From assembly GCA_964016885.1 (NCBI GenBank), contig OZ024754.1:29078001-29142000 (forward strand): DNA of 64,000 nucleotides. The letters run 5' to 3'. The first letter of the stretch is position 1; each line of letters starts with the position of its first letter. The position numbers were made by a program, and so were the translations under genes. Source of the DNA: Eledone cirrhosa. Lineage: Eukaryota. The notes beneath the pieces are model-generated. The model was not told the DNA's origin. It worked only from the letters and a program-made list of their open reading frames with translations, and made no database searches. Shown here piece by piece: positions 13,758-25,151 of this stretch.

Positions 13758-13760
<3 letters not shown>
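12762..13760 (-). mobile_element. 5'-truncated Penelope-like element: GIY-YIG endonuclease remnant with inverted terminal copy
   Basis: Minus strand ~13597-13330 translates ECDKCNDFYIGSTIRPLQVRIKEH...LRIKEALWIKHLGPQINNR...* (GIY-YIG). Segment 13600-13755 is the reverse complement of 12762-12912. Confidence 0.88.
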
Positions 13761-13814
<54 letters not shown>

Positions 13815-13871
13815 ATATATATATATATACATTGTAAAGGACTGAGAGCTTATTCTCAAAATATTATATAG

Positions 13872-13923
<52 letters not shown>

Positions 13924-14211
13924 GCATGAAAGATGGATGTTAAACGATGATGATGATGATGTATATATATATATATATATCTGTATATATATAAATATAT
14001 ATCTGTATATATATATATATATATGTACATGTATATATGCATATATATATATATACATATGTATATATATCTTTTTCCACCTAACTGCATGGCTTGTTAG
14101 TCTAGCAACCTATACGCATTGAACACACTAACCTTCTCTCTACTGGCTTGTAATCTGCATAACTAATCACTTTTCTCTCCTCCTGATTAGCTTACTTGCT
14201 TTTTACTCTGC

Positions 14212-14259
<48 letters not shown>

Positions 14260-14450
14260 GGGGAGAGAGAGAGATATTGAAACATTCTTTGTCCTTCATT
14301 ATTGTGTAATTATGCAAGTCTCATTCTTCAAATTTTTGCACTTAAGAATCCATGTATAAATGTCATAAATATTTGATGAGATATTATTAAGTTTTGTAAT
14401 CGTATTTGTGTAGGCTTTGCTTCAAAGGTAAATTCCATAGCTGTTAGATG

Positions 14451-16623
14451 TGTAGTGACCTACATTCCACGGGCTCACATACATTCTCTGTGCGTGATTT
14501 GGCTCAGCTCAGCCAATCAACGCCAGTAGAAGAGGATGTATCCCTATGCGCCTTGAGGGAGAGATTCCCCGCGAAGATTTGAAGAATCTCTCTCTCGCAC
14601 TCGGAACTTCGAACCAACAACACGTACAACATGTGATGGTGAGATTTTGCACTTTGGCCTGCCGGCTTTCCGGCACAATGGCACATTCCCTTTTGTAACC
14701 TCATTTTATGTGTAACTTCAACCATACAAGTTAACAAACATTATTTGTGCTACAACAAAAATAAACATACATTTCATCTCTAATTTCTGCTGTTGACATC
14801 ATTATTATGTTACTCGTGTCTCAATAACATTTATACACTATGCTGCTAAAAGTGGTGAACCGACGTGATAAATATTTTCAGTTCAAAATATTCCTTTTGA
14901 AATAAAATTAAAATTGGCAGTGTATGTGTAAAAAAAAAAAAAAAAAAAAATTTACGGCACGAGGAAATTTCAAAACGGCTACCACCAAGTACAAGCCATC
15001 AGCAGCAACACATGGCGATGTGGAAGCTTGTAACTTTACCGACGCAACCACCATACCTTCTGTCTCGTTACCACAAGGACTCGAGAAATTAAGACATCAG
15101 TCTTCTCACCACTGTGGCGTCAGACGTGGCTGCCATATTGGTGACTCTAGTTTCTTCAACGCTCGACTTCGACTCTACAGAAGATTCATTGTGATTTTGC
15201 TTTAACAACAACAACAACTCTACTAGCTCCCTAGTAAGAGCGATCCCAAAGAAATTCCAAAGAAAAGAAAAGCGAACTTTTTGTTAAAAGAAAAGAAACA
15301 ATTCTTTCTGTCTTCCTTTTTTTTTTCAGGCATTTATTTTGGACATTTATTTTTTTTAAACTGTATTATATGGAAATTCTTTTTTTTCTATCATTATATA
15401 TATGACTGCATCATTTTCTTTATCATTGTATACATGCCTGCATATGCACACAATTCTTTGTCACCCACCAACATGTTGTTCTTAGTATATGTTCTTCAAA
15501 CGTAATATTCTGCGAGATCCCTTTTCACCTGGTTGAGGTGCCGTCACATGCTAGCAACTCATAGAGCTTAATTCACCTGGATTCAAACAGGCACTGCAAC
15601 ACGAGAATGCTAATTGCAGCTGAACTCAAACAGTTTCGCATCTCATTGCACACTCATCGTCCATAACAACCTCCATCTTGTTACCTTACCCGACTCACTG
15701 GGAAAACAACAAATAGAACTGGACTTGTCAGCATTTCCACCACTTCTGTGGATTTGCCGGAATTATGGAATTTACACTGCAACTACTGCCCACCTACAGA
15801 TTCAACTTGCTTTTTTCTTTTCAAAGCAACCAGCCATTTTTTCCTGGCTCCCTAGCACTTTCAGCAATACATCTGCGAGGCCGACATTTTCTCGCCTACC
15901 CATCATCTTCTTGCCAGCACTGGTAAACTACCATAATAGCTTCATCCACAGCTACTGGTAAAACACTTATCATTAACATTTAATGCAAGAACAGCAACTT
16001 CGCCCATGTCAGACTTTATCCGTTTTCTGTTAGACCTTTGGTGGTCACGTATAAACTACAAAACAGCTAGTCATTTGACACAGCGGCTCAACACGGCCCT
16101 TAGCGCCTCTGTTTTTTTCTTGCATGCATCCTTCTGTTCAATTATTTTTTCACTGATGTGCTCTTCAGCATTTTTTCTTGCTGATTCAATAATCTGTATC
16201 GTCTTCCGTCTAGAGGGGGAGTATTGTAGTGACCTACATTCCGCGGGCTCACATACATTCTCTGTGCGTGATTTGGCTCAGCTCAGCCAATCAACGCCAG
16301 TAGAAGAGGATGTATCCCTACGCGCCCTGAGGGAGAGATTCCCCGCGAAGATTTGAAGAATCTCTCTCTCGCACCCGGAACTTCGAACCAACAACACGTA
16401 CAACATGTGATGGTGAGATTTTGCACTTTGGCCTGCCGGCTTTCCGGCACAATTGCACATTCCCTTTTGTAACCTCATTTTATGTGTAACTTCAACCATA
16501 CAAGTTAACAAACATTATTTGTGCTACAACAAAAAAAAACATACATTTCATCTCTGATTTCTGCTGTTGACATCATTATTATGTTACTCGTGTCTCAATA
16601 ACATTATACACTATGCTGCTAAA
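14451..16623 (+). mobile_element. Internally deleted Gypsy-type LTR retrotransposon
   Basis: ~400 bp near-identical direct repeats at 14451-14850 and 16225-16623, starting TGTAG. PBS tggtgaaccgacgtgat at 14853 resembles the tRNA-Trp PBS. PPT agaggggga lies just before the 3' LTR. Flanks gatg/gatc are a possible 4 bp TSD. Confidence 0.88.
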
Positions 16624-17509
16624 GATCCATTGACAGCTGACTGAAGATGAGAATATAGACAATTAACTTTGCTCTCATGTCTTTAACTGCAAAGATGATA
16701 TATGAATAGGAATCTGTCTTCTTATGAAATTCTCATATAACATATTTCATTTTAAACTGAAATCTTAACCATATCCGTAGCATATTTCTAATGAAATAGT
16801 CTGTCTGTGATATTTAAGGATTTGAAGAGATTTAGTAATATTTAGTAACTGTGAACTATTTACATCGTCTAATGATTTGGCAAAACATATCTAAAATATG
16901 GGTTTATTAATTCAGATGTTTATAGTGTCTTTACTAGTAAATATGATATAGTTGAGAAGCTCAGTCCTTTACATGCCCCCTCCATACACACACACACATG
17001 CACGTATGCATGCATACATATACACATGATAGGTGTATAACCATATTTCAAAATGGTGTAGTTGACAAGCTCAGTCCTTCACACATAGACATGCACACAA
17101 TAGTCATTTAACCATATTTCAAAATGATATAGTTGACAGGTTCAAGCTGTTCACTGGTTTACCATTCCGAGATTCAGCTTTGGCTATGATTCCCAAAGGA
17201 GTGTATTGTAAGAAAGTTTATCAGAAATAAGATTGCTTCTAGCAATGAGGTTTGTGAGTCACAATAAACTCTTAAATTATTGTTCCCTATTGTTGAAGCC
17301 TGTTTTGATTTAATGCTGGCTTTTATCAACTCTTTTGATGCCAAACTACCTTAACTGACCCCACCTCCTTTGCTCTGTTACCATATTTCTTAAAAGAAGA
17401 TTGATCAACAAGATCCCAAGATCTCATTTGCTTACCTAGTGGAGTGGAACTCAACAAATTGAACCAAGGAAACAATGTTTTCATTCGTCTTCCCATTGCT
17501 GATATTATC

Positions 17510-17830
17510 ATTATCATTTTTACATCTGCTTTCCCAGGCTTGCATAGATTAGATGATTCTTCCCTAGTACAGCACCTTTCCCCGTCTTTCTCAGTTTAGT
17601 TTCTTGAGACCAGCTTTCACCACATCAGCCCATGTCTTCTTTGGTCTTCTTTGTTCACACCTACCTCCCACTTGGAATTTCTGCCACTTCATCATTCCAC
17701 AGTCATCTTCCATACACATCACATGTCTGTACCAGTGCAATCTTCTCTCTTACACACCATATCTGATTCCTTTAATGTATATATTTTCTCTCTGTTCATC
17801 TGTGCTTTGTCATTGAAAATGATGCAACAT
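17510..17830 (-). mobile_element. RTE LINE 3' remnant
   Basis: Similar to 7490-7850 (catcacatgtctgtaccagtgcaatctt = RLHWYRHVM on the minus strand) and carries the same 3' tail. Confidence 0.7.
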
Positions 17831-18434
17831 ATACAGTCTTTCCATTGACCTTTTCAATAGATCTACCTAATTTTACAGATTATACTTGGGTTGACATGAG
17901 CATAGCCTAACAAACCTGCTATATGCATTTTTCCACACACAGATTCTTTCTAATATATGCATCCATCAATATTATCCTCAGATCATAAACTTCTCAGAGC
18001 TAGATGATGGTTATAAACAAGGCGACAGATTCAGTAGTTCCAGCAACTTTTCACATAACCACCTCCTAATATATGCAGCCATAAATATTAATATTGTACA
18101 TTTGATTTTACTGAAAATCCTTTAAAAGGTTTGTTGCAAATATTTTGTGTGATTGATGGATTTCATTTTGTGTATCTGGACAAAAAAGTGCCATATAGTT
18201 TAGGTTTTTGGTTTGCTTCTCCATTGATATCTAATCTAAACACTTATCAAAGATGGAATATCTATATACAGAAAAAGAATTCTGAATGCTCAGCTTAACC
18301 CCGTTTGTCTTCGTAGAAATGTGAAGTGCTTATTCTAAATTTTCACTTTCCATTCTAAATTTCTGAGAATAGCGTTTAAGGATTATATTGTTCATGCTTA
18401 TGTATTTTTCTCTTCTGTTTTTCTCTTCTCTCAG

Positions 18435-18517
18435 ACCACGTTTAGCTGAAATAGCTTCGGTTTTGAAAGCTATAACAACTCTGCTATTAAGCCTGAAGAA
18501 AGCTTCTCCTAATAATG
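18435..18517 (+). CDS. MON2: MON2 homologue, penultimate coding exon
   Basis: ttctctcAG acceptor and GTAAGA donor at 18518. The phase-2 junction AG|A gives Arg; peptide (R)PRLAEIASVLKAITTLLLSLKKASPNN continues the MON2 C-terminus. Confidence 0.92.
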
Positions 18518-18861
18518 GTAAGAGCATTTCTGTTTTCCATAATACAAGTGGGAGGTTTTACAGGTATGCTATGTATGCATAAACATACATAGGGGGAGCT
18601 ATATATATATATATATAAATAAATAAATAAATAAATAAATAAATAGAGACTGCGGTGCTGAGACCGAGGAGACCACTAATCATGTGAGTACTCAATACAT
18701 GGGGAGATGTAGAGTGGGTATAGAGATGTGTTAAATCCTGACCAAGGTGTCAAGCAGTTTCAGATTATGTGTTCAGCCGGAAAAGGCTTGCTGAACACAC
18801 ATGCTGAAATCACTTGATGCCGCAATCAGTATTTCAAAACTCGATATTCGAGTTAATATTG

Positions 18862-18901
<40 letters not shown>

Positions 18902-18987
18902 GAAGTTATATTTAATTTGTTCGGATACAACAAGCAAATATTTTTATAACTGATATAAAGCACTCAACAAATTATTGGAGTAAAAAT

Positions 18988-19310
18988 ACAATATATTAAC
19001 AAATGGAAACTATATTTATAAAACCATATTTATTTCATTATACATATTTCAAGGACACCAAAGCAAATTATGGTGCGCTTTCATCAGATAAAATATAATA
19101 TAGATCAGTTTTATAAACAGATATTGACATACCCTTAAAGAATACGACCATGTCGGTTGGAAGCTCCCGGATAGTATAGGGTATGTCAATATTTGTTTAT
19201 AAAACTGATCTATATTATATTTTATCTGATGAAAGCGCACCATAATTTGCTTTGGTGTCCTTAAAATATGTATAATGAAATAAATATAGTTTCCATTTGT
19301 TAATATATTG
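18988..19310. repeat. Fold-back cassette containing two opposed hammerhead copies
   Basis: Arms ~18988-19135 and ~19178-19310 are reverse complements; (TA)n lies on both sides. Confidence 0.9.
19032..19094 (-). ncRNA. Type-I hammerhead ribozyme motif (family A)
   Basis: attttat-CTGATGA-aag c gcacca...tggtgt c ctt-GAAA-tatgta-TA-atgaaat. The + strand copy at 19219-19281 has GAAA changed to AAAA. Confidence 0.8.
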
Positions 19311-19654
19311 TATATATATATATATATACACACATACATATATTTATTTACATGTGCACACATACAAATACATACACACACACATCATCATCATCATCAT
19401 TGTTTTTGTATTTTTTTCTATGTAATCAAGGGTTATATGAGACCTTTTTATTATTTTAGGCATTATTTTACAACCAGATGCCCTTCCTAATGCAAACCCT
19501 TAAATTGCAAAATTGTTGAGGGTTGTCAGGTGTATCCAGCTGGAGTTCCTGGGCTGGGAGTGTAAGTTAGTTAGGGTAGGTAAGAAGAGGAAGGAAGATT
19601 GGGTAAGCCAGGGTTAATTTAACTGCAGCTTGGAGTCATTAATTGTATCATTCA

Positions 19655-19845
19655 AATGGTGGATTGGCAGTATCGGTAGAGGGTTGGACGCCATGCTTTG
19701 ATGCATAGAGTTACGGCCCTTGCCATTCTGAGTTCAAATCCCGCCGAGGTTAACTTTGCCTTTCATCCTTACGGGGTCGATGAAATAAAGTACCAGTAAT
19801 ACACTGGGTAATTGCTGGCCTTGTGCCAAAAGTAGAAACAATTAA
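19655..19845 (+). mobile_element. Full-length tRNA-derived SINE with Deu/Nin-like domain
   Basis: ggtggattggcagtatcggtagag (A box), gagttcaaatcccg (B box), gcctttcatccttacggggtcgat, and tail gtgccaaaagtagaaacaatt. Confidence 0.88.
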
Positions 19846-21454
19846 TTGTATCATTCAAACATGATAGGATTTCATCTTAATATGGAATGTAGATTTAAGT
19901 TAGAAATTACCAGAACATTTAGATGTAATAATTGTATGTATGTAGTATAATATTGTATAAGTTTTTAAATATTTTATCATCATCATCCTCATATGTCTGC
20001 TTTCCATGCTGTCATGGGTGGGATAGGTTGTTGCAGTCTGAGACCATAGAAGTCAGATGACCATGTCATACTAATATGTTCCAATTTGGTATGCCCCCTA
20101 TGGTTGGATGCTCTTCATAATGCTAACCACTTTACACTATTGGTTGGATGTATGTTATTGTGGCATTACTTTACAGAGTGTAGTAGGTGCATTTTATAAT
20201 GGCACCAGCACAACCACTTTACAGAGAGAACTGCATGCATTTTATCAAGGCACCAGCATAACCTCCCTCCTTACAGAAAGAACTGGGTAAATTTTATCAT
20301 GACACCAGCACAACCTCTTAACAGAGAGAACAAGGTGCATTTTATCATGTCATGAGCATGTAATATAATATTATATGTCTCTAAAAAAACTCTACTGCTT
20401 TCTTCCCCCATCTGTTCTTGTCTTCTAAATCTTCTCTGGCATAATTTAACCCCTTAGCATTTAAACCGGCCATATCTGGCCAGAATTCTCTCACCTCTTT
20501 CTGTTCAAACCAGCTCCAACTTGCCATTCATACCAATGTTAACGTATTATTCTCAAAATAAATAATATCAAACTCTCATAGATTTGATATTATGCGAGAT
20601 AATTATGTGAGGTAAGGGCTTTACCGTGAAAATATAATAGTAAATATACAGTAATGTAAATACAAAAGGTCTAATCAAATTCTATTGTTTCCCATTTTTG
20701 TTCTAAATATCCTTGTTTTAGGGATAAAACATCAAAGCAAGATTTGAAAAGAATTATTATAGACTTACATTTAAAATAAGCTTGATCATATATTGACACC
20801 ACTTTGGTTTGGAAAAATATTAAAGTGCAAAATTATTGAGGAAAGAAGAAAAGAATATATATTTCTAAGCAACAGAAATCTGTTTTTAAAGATGTCTACA
20901 GATTTGATTCTTCATTGTTTCAAATATCATTTTATTTCTACTATATGTATTTTTTATTTTCTGCTTATCTATACATTTATGTTTGTGTTGTTGTGTTTCC
21001 ATCTATGAGACAAAATATGATGACCATGTACTTACATATCTACAATGGAGTTATATTTATAAGTTTATGTCTGCAGTAAACTTATATTTATGCAGTAAAC
21101 TTATATTTATGTGAATGAATTTCATAAGTTTATAAAACACATTAAAGTTTTATAACTACAGAAATAGTCACACAATGGCAGAAATGTTTATGCTGTGAAG
21201 TCTTAAGTGAGAGAAATGTTGGAAGAAAAACATTAAATACAAATAAAAATGATGAAAATAATAAATAAATATAGTAGAGTGGAGATAACAGTGTAGGCTA
21301 TAAAGACATACAATTATTTATTATGTTGGTAAATTCTCACTGGAACAATACTTCAATATGTTTCCAATTAGCATTATGTAACAAACTAGCAGTAGTGCCT
21401 CGTCAAGCCCAGGTTTATAGAAAATATCAGAAAGTATGTTATACACAATTCTAT

Positions 21455-22330
21455 GTAATTTGACTCCTGGTAATTTCACTCCTGGTATTTTCACTTCAGT
21501 AATTTGATACCTGGTAACTTGGTTGCCAGTCAATTTCACGCCCGGTAATTTCACTCCTAATGTTAGAAAAAAATTAAGTTTATTATTATTATTATTGTTG
21601 TTGGATTGGAAGTATCGGTGGAGGGTCGGACGCCATGCTTTGCAGCAAAGAGTTACGGCCCTTTATGGTCTGAGTTCAAATCCCACCGAGGTTAACTTTT
21701 CCTTTCATCCTTACGGGGTCGATAAAATAAAGTACCAGTAACGCACTGGGATAATTGCTGGCCTTGTGCCAAAAGTAGAAACAATTATTGTTGTTGTTGT
21801 TGTTTTACATAGGAATTCAGTTAACTGAAAGTATCATTTCATAATAAGGCCAGCAATTACCCAATGCATTACTGGTACTTTATTTTATCGACCCCGTAAG
21901 GATGAAAGGCAAAGTTAACCTCGGCAGGATTAGAACTCAGAATGGAAATGGCCGTAACTCTATGTGCCAAAGCATGGCGTCCGACCCTCTACCATTATTG
22001 CCAATCCACCGCCATAATAATAATATCATAATAAATTTCATAATAAATAATAATTGTTTCTACTTTTGGCACAAGACCAGCAATTACCCAGCGCGTTACT
22101 GGTACTTTATTTTATCAACTCCGTAAGGATGAAAGGCAAAGTTGACCACGGCGGGATTTGAACTCAGGATGAATTTCAATGTTTTATTTTTTTTTACTAT
22201 TGGGAGTGAAATTACTTGGTGTGAAATTGACTGGCAGTCAAGTTACCAGGAGTCAAGTTACCAAGGGTCAAAATACCAGGAGTCAAATTAGCCAGAGTGA
22301 ATATACCAGGAGTCAAATTACTGGCTACCA
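21455..22330. mobile_element. Fold-back/MITE-like element with long repetitive inverted arms, carrying three nested SINEs
   Basis: Left arm 21455-21572 is built of ~15 bp ggtaatttcactcct units; right arm 22188-22330 is its reverse complement. SINEs at ~21600-21790(+), 21848-22015(-) and 22050-22170(-). Confidence 0.75.
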
Positions 22331-22811
22331 TTGTACACACTAGTTAAATACACACAAGTTGAATAACCTTGCAACTATCCAGCAACATGGTGTATAGTCT
22401 TCTATAGTTAGTTTCATAGTATTGTATAGACATACACACACACATATATGTACATCAATGACCTACATAGCATTTTATACACAGTTCTGGTACAAACAAC
22501 ACATTCATTCTGTCTTCCATTATTTATTGATTTGCGTGGAACATGTGATGAAATCTCATTTAATTTAATTAAAGACACATTAATTGCAATTAACAGTTGT
22601 ATCATTTAAATCAGTTGTCATTAATTTCATGTATCAGTCATTGAGATAAAATTGAAAAAATATAGAGATAATAAATAATAATAAATAGTTTCATTATTCA
22701 TTAAAATAAAATGAATAAACAAACTAAATAAAATTTTGGAATTGTACTTGTTTGGCAAGAGACTTGATATGTGACTTATAATATATCATCAACATAATAA
22801 TTTCATGTGAC

Positions 22812-23040
22812 TATCCTGGAATGGGTTGGGTCAGATGTTTCACACCAAATCATTCTGGAATGGGTTGGGTCACATGTTCCAGACCAAATCATTCTGGAAT
22901 GGGTTGGGTCACATGTTCCAGACCAAATCATTCTGGAATGGGTTGGGTCACATGTTCCAGACCAAATCATTCTGGAATGGGTTGGGTCACATGTTCCAGA
23001 CCAAATCATCCTGGAATGGGTTGGGTCACATGTTTCAGAC
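22812..23040. repeat. 39 bp minisatellite, about 6 copies
   Basis: Unit atcattctggaatgggttgggtcacatgttccagaccaa repeated head-to-tail without spacers. Confidence 0.95.
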
Positions 23041-23675
23041 TGAATCAGTACCTAAAGTGACTGTTCTCTAAGATGAGTCAGAGGATCATGTTTCAGTTGC
23101 TGCCTTCCAATTTTAGCATCGTTTCTACAGCTGGATGCTTGTTCTTCCTAACTATGAACACTTTACAGAGTTTACTAGGTGTATCTTGTCATAGAAGTAA
23201 CACTAGAGAGAATGCGATGTCTTTGAAGAGTCTAAAGAATCCTCTCGACCATTATTATTTTATATACTTTTTTTTTTGCATATATATCATCATTTTTATG
23301 TTCACTTTTCCAGGCTTACATGGGTTGAACCAGTCCTCTCCAGAATATATTACCATTGTCATCTTTATAATTTTCAGCATCCTAAGATCAGCTTTCACCA
23401 CATCCGTTTATATCTTCTTTGATGTTCCTCATCTATGGCTTCATTTTACTAGAACTTCCTGCCACATGTTATCCTGCATGTGCATTACATGTCCATACTT
23501 CTATATTACATCCAATTGCTCTTAGCTAATTCCGCAATGATGAGGATACTATAAAGTTTTTAAATGAGATGCAATAGCATAGTGAGGATACCTAGCTCAT
23601 AGCTGTACACCAAAATGTTTTAATAACTTCATAGGATTCTTGAATTTATTTGATATTTATTGTTTTATTTTCCAG

Positions 23676-23836
23676 TGGAACCAAGTGTTTGGCAGCAAGT
23701 GATTCAACTTTACCCCTCTCTTGTGGAGTGCACCACCTCCTCTTCGCCACAAGTGTGCAAAGCCCTCAAAGAAGCCCTTCATGAATACAAAGATCTATTA
23801 TCCTCGCCAGGACATCAAAACGTACCCCCTTGTTGA
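23676..23836 (+). CDS. MON2: MON2 homologue, last coding exon with stop codon
   Basis: ttttccAG acceptor; phase-1 junction G|TG gives Val. Peptide VEPSVWQQVIQLYPSLVECTTSSSPQVCKALKEALHEYKDLLSSPGHQNVPPC*, TGA at 23834-23836. Not in the supplied ORF track, which shows other frames. Confidence 0.93.
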
Positions 23837-24400
23837 TATTATTATTGTGTTTGATTTGCTTGTGCAAGCAACAAGGCAGAAACAAGCAAGCAACAGACCT
23901 CTGTCCTATCTTATCCTGTCTGCAATCATCATCAGTTCAGTTCAGTTTGCAGAAATGTCTGTGGTGGCGCTATATAAATGGTTATATTGTAAACATAGTT
24001 TTGAATCACTAAAAACACAAATTCAACAAACAAAGAAAACATGAACAAAAGATGCCCTGTTGATTGTTAATAGTAGTGACAATGATAATCCTTTGTTTTA
24101 AGATCACAGACAACTTATAGTAATCTCTGTGAGTGAAAATGACAATCTTAAAGATAAAAAAAAATACTTTTATAAACATGATTGTAATCTACACATTCAA
24201 AAATGTATCTCTACAAAATATACATTATTAGTAAACTTGTGAAAAGAAAGAATCAGGTAGAAACACTAAAGTATAGTTATGCATGTATATATACATATAT
24301 ATATGTGTATGTATATATATATAATGAAGGAGTTGTGGTAAGGAACCAGATGGACCATAACACACCAGATTACTTAATACTTAGGGTAGTAGAGTGGGTA

Positions 24401-24517
24401 ATAGGAAAATGTATGACCCCGACGACAGAGCTCAAACCGTTTTGACGGTTATTCCGACCGCTATCCAGAAATAGCCATCAAAACGGCTTGAGCTCTGCCA
24501 TCGGGGTCATACATTAT

Positions 24518-24522
<5 letters not shown>
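24401..24522. repeat. Inverted repeat (~55 bp arms) ending at (TA)n
   Basis: ataggaaaatgtatgaccccgacgacagagctcaaaccgttttgacggttatt pairs with aatagccatcaaaacggcttgagctctgccatcggggtcatacattatcctat. Confidence 0.85.
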
Positions 24523-24560
<38 letters not shown>

Positions 24561-24998
24561 GGACATAGCTACAGTTTTGTACCTCCATCTGACTTTGTTA
24601 CCTTACAACTTTTTTTATGATGTATATTTTGCAGCGATTTATTTTCGATAGAGTAGATTATGATTATGTTTACAAAGTGTAAATATAATTGTCATTTTTC
24701 CCTCAGAGAAATTGCCACAAGTTGTCTGTAATTTTAAAAGGAACGATTACTTACAAGTGATGTGAAACACATTGTGGGGAATGGAGAGGAGATTGAAAGT
24801 CAACATTGAATATGGTTTTTGTATACAGACGTATATATGATATGTAGCTTACTTTTTTTTCCATTGGTTTAATCAGTGTTTTGTTATTGTTGTTGTTGGT
24901 TTGGTTGTAATTTCATCTCTACATTCTTCCTCCTCATGTCCTGTACCCCCCCCCCCCCTCCCCGGTGCAGAATACAACCATGTGTATGTGTGCCTGTG

Positions 24999-25045
<47 letters not shown>

Positions 25046-25117
25046 TATATGTATATATGTACGTATATGTATATATGTACGTATATGTATATATGTATGT
25101 ATATATGTACGTATATG

Positions 25118-25151
<34 letters not shown>

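Noticed and set aside
16641-16680. ctgaaga motif (also at 6755, 33891 and 46375)
   Set aside because: No properly placed GAAA, stem III or stem I; chance matches.
18330-18582. Standalone small ORFs around the MON2 exon
   Set aside because: Only 18435-18517 has splice signals and homology; the rest is intron read-through or antisense.
22803-23071. CRISPR-like or peptide-repeat gene
   Set aside because: The units are contiguous without unique spacers and the context is eukaryotic; the ORFs arise because 39 is a multiple of 3.
23721-24044. 107 aa ORF from the track
   Set aside because: Wrong frame; the spliced MON2 frame stops at 23836.
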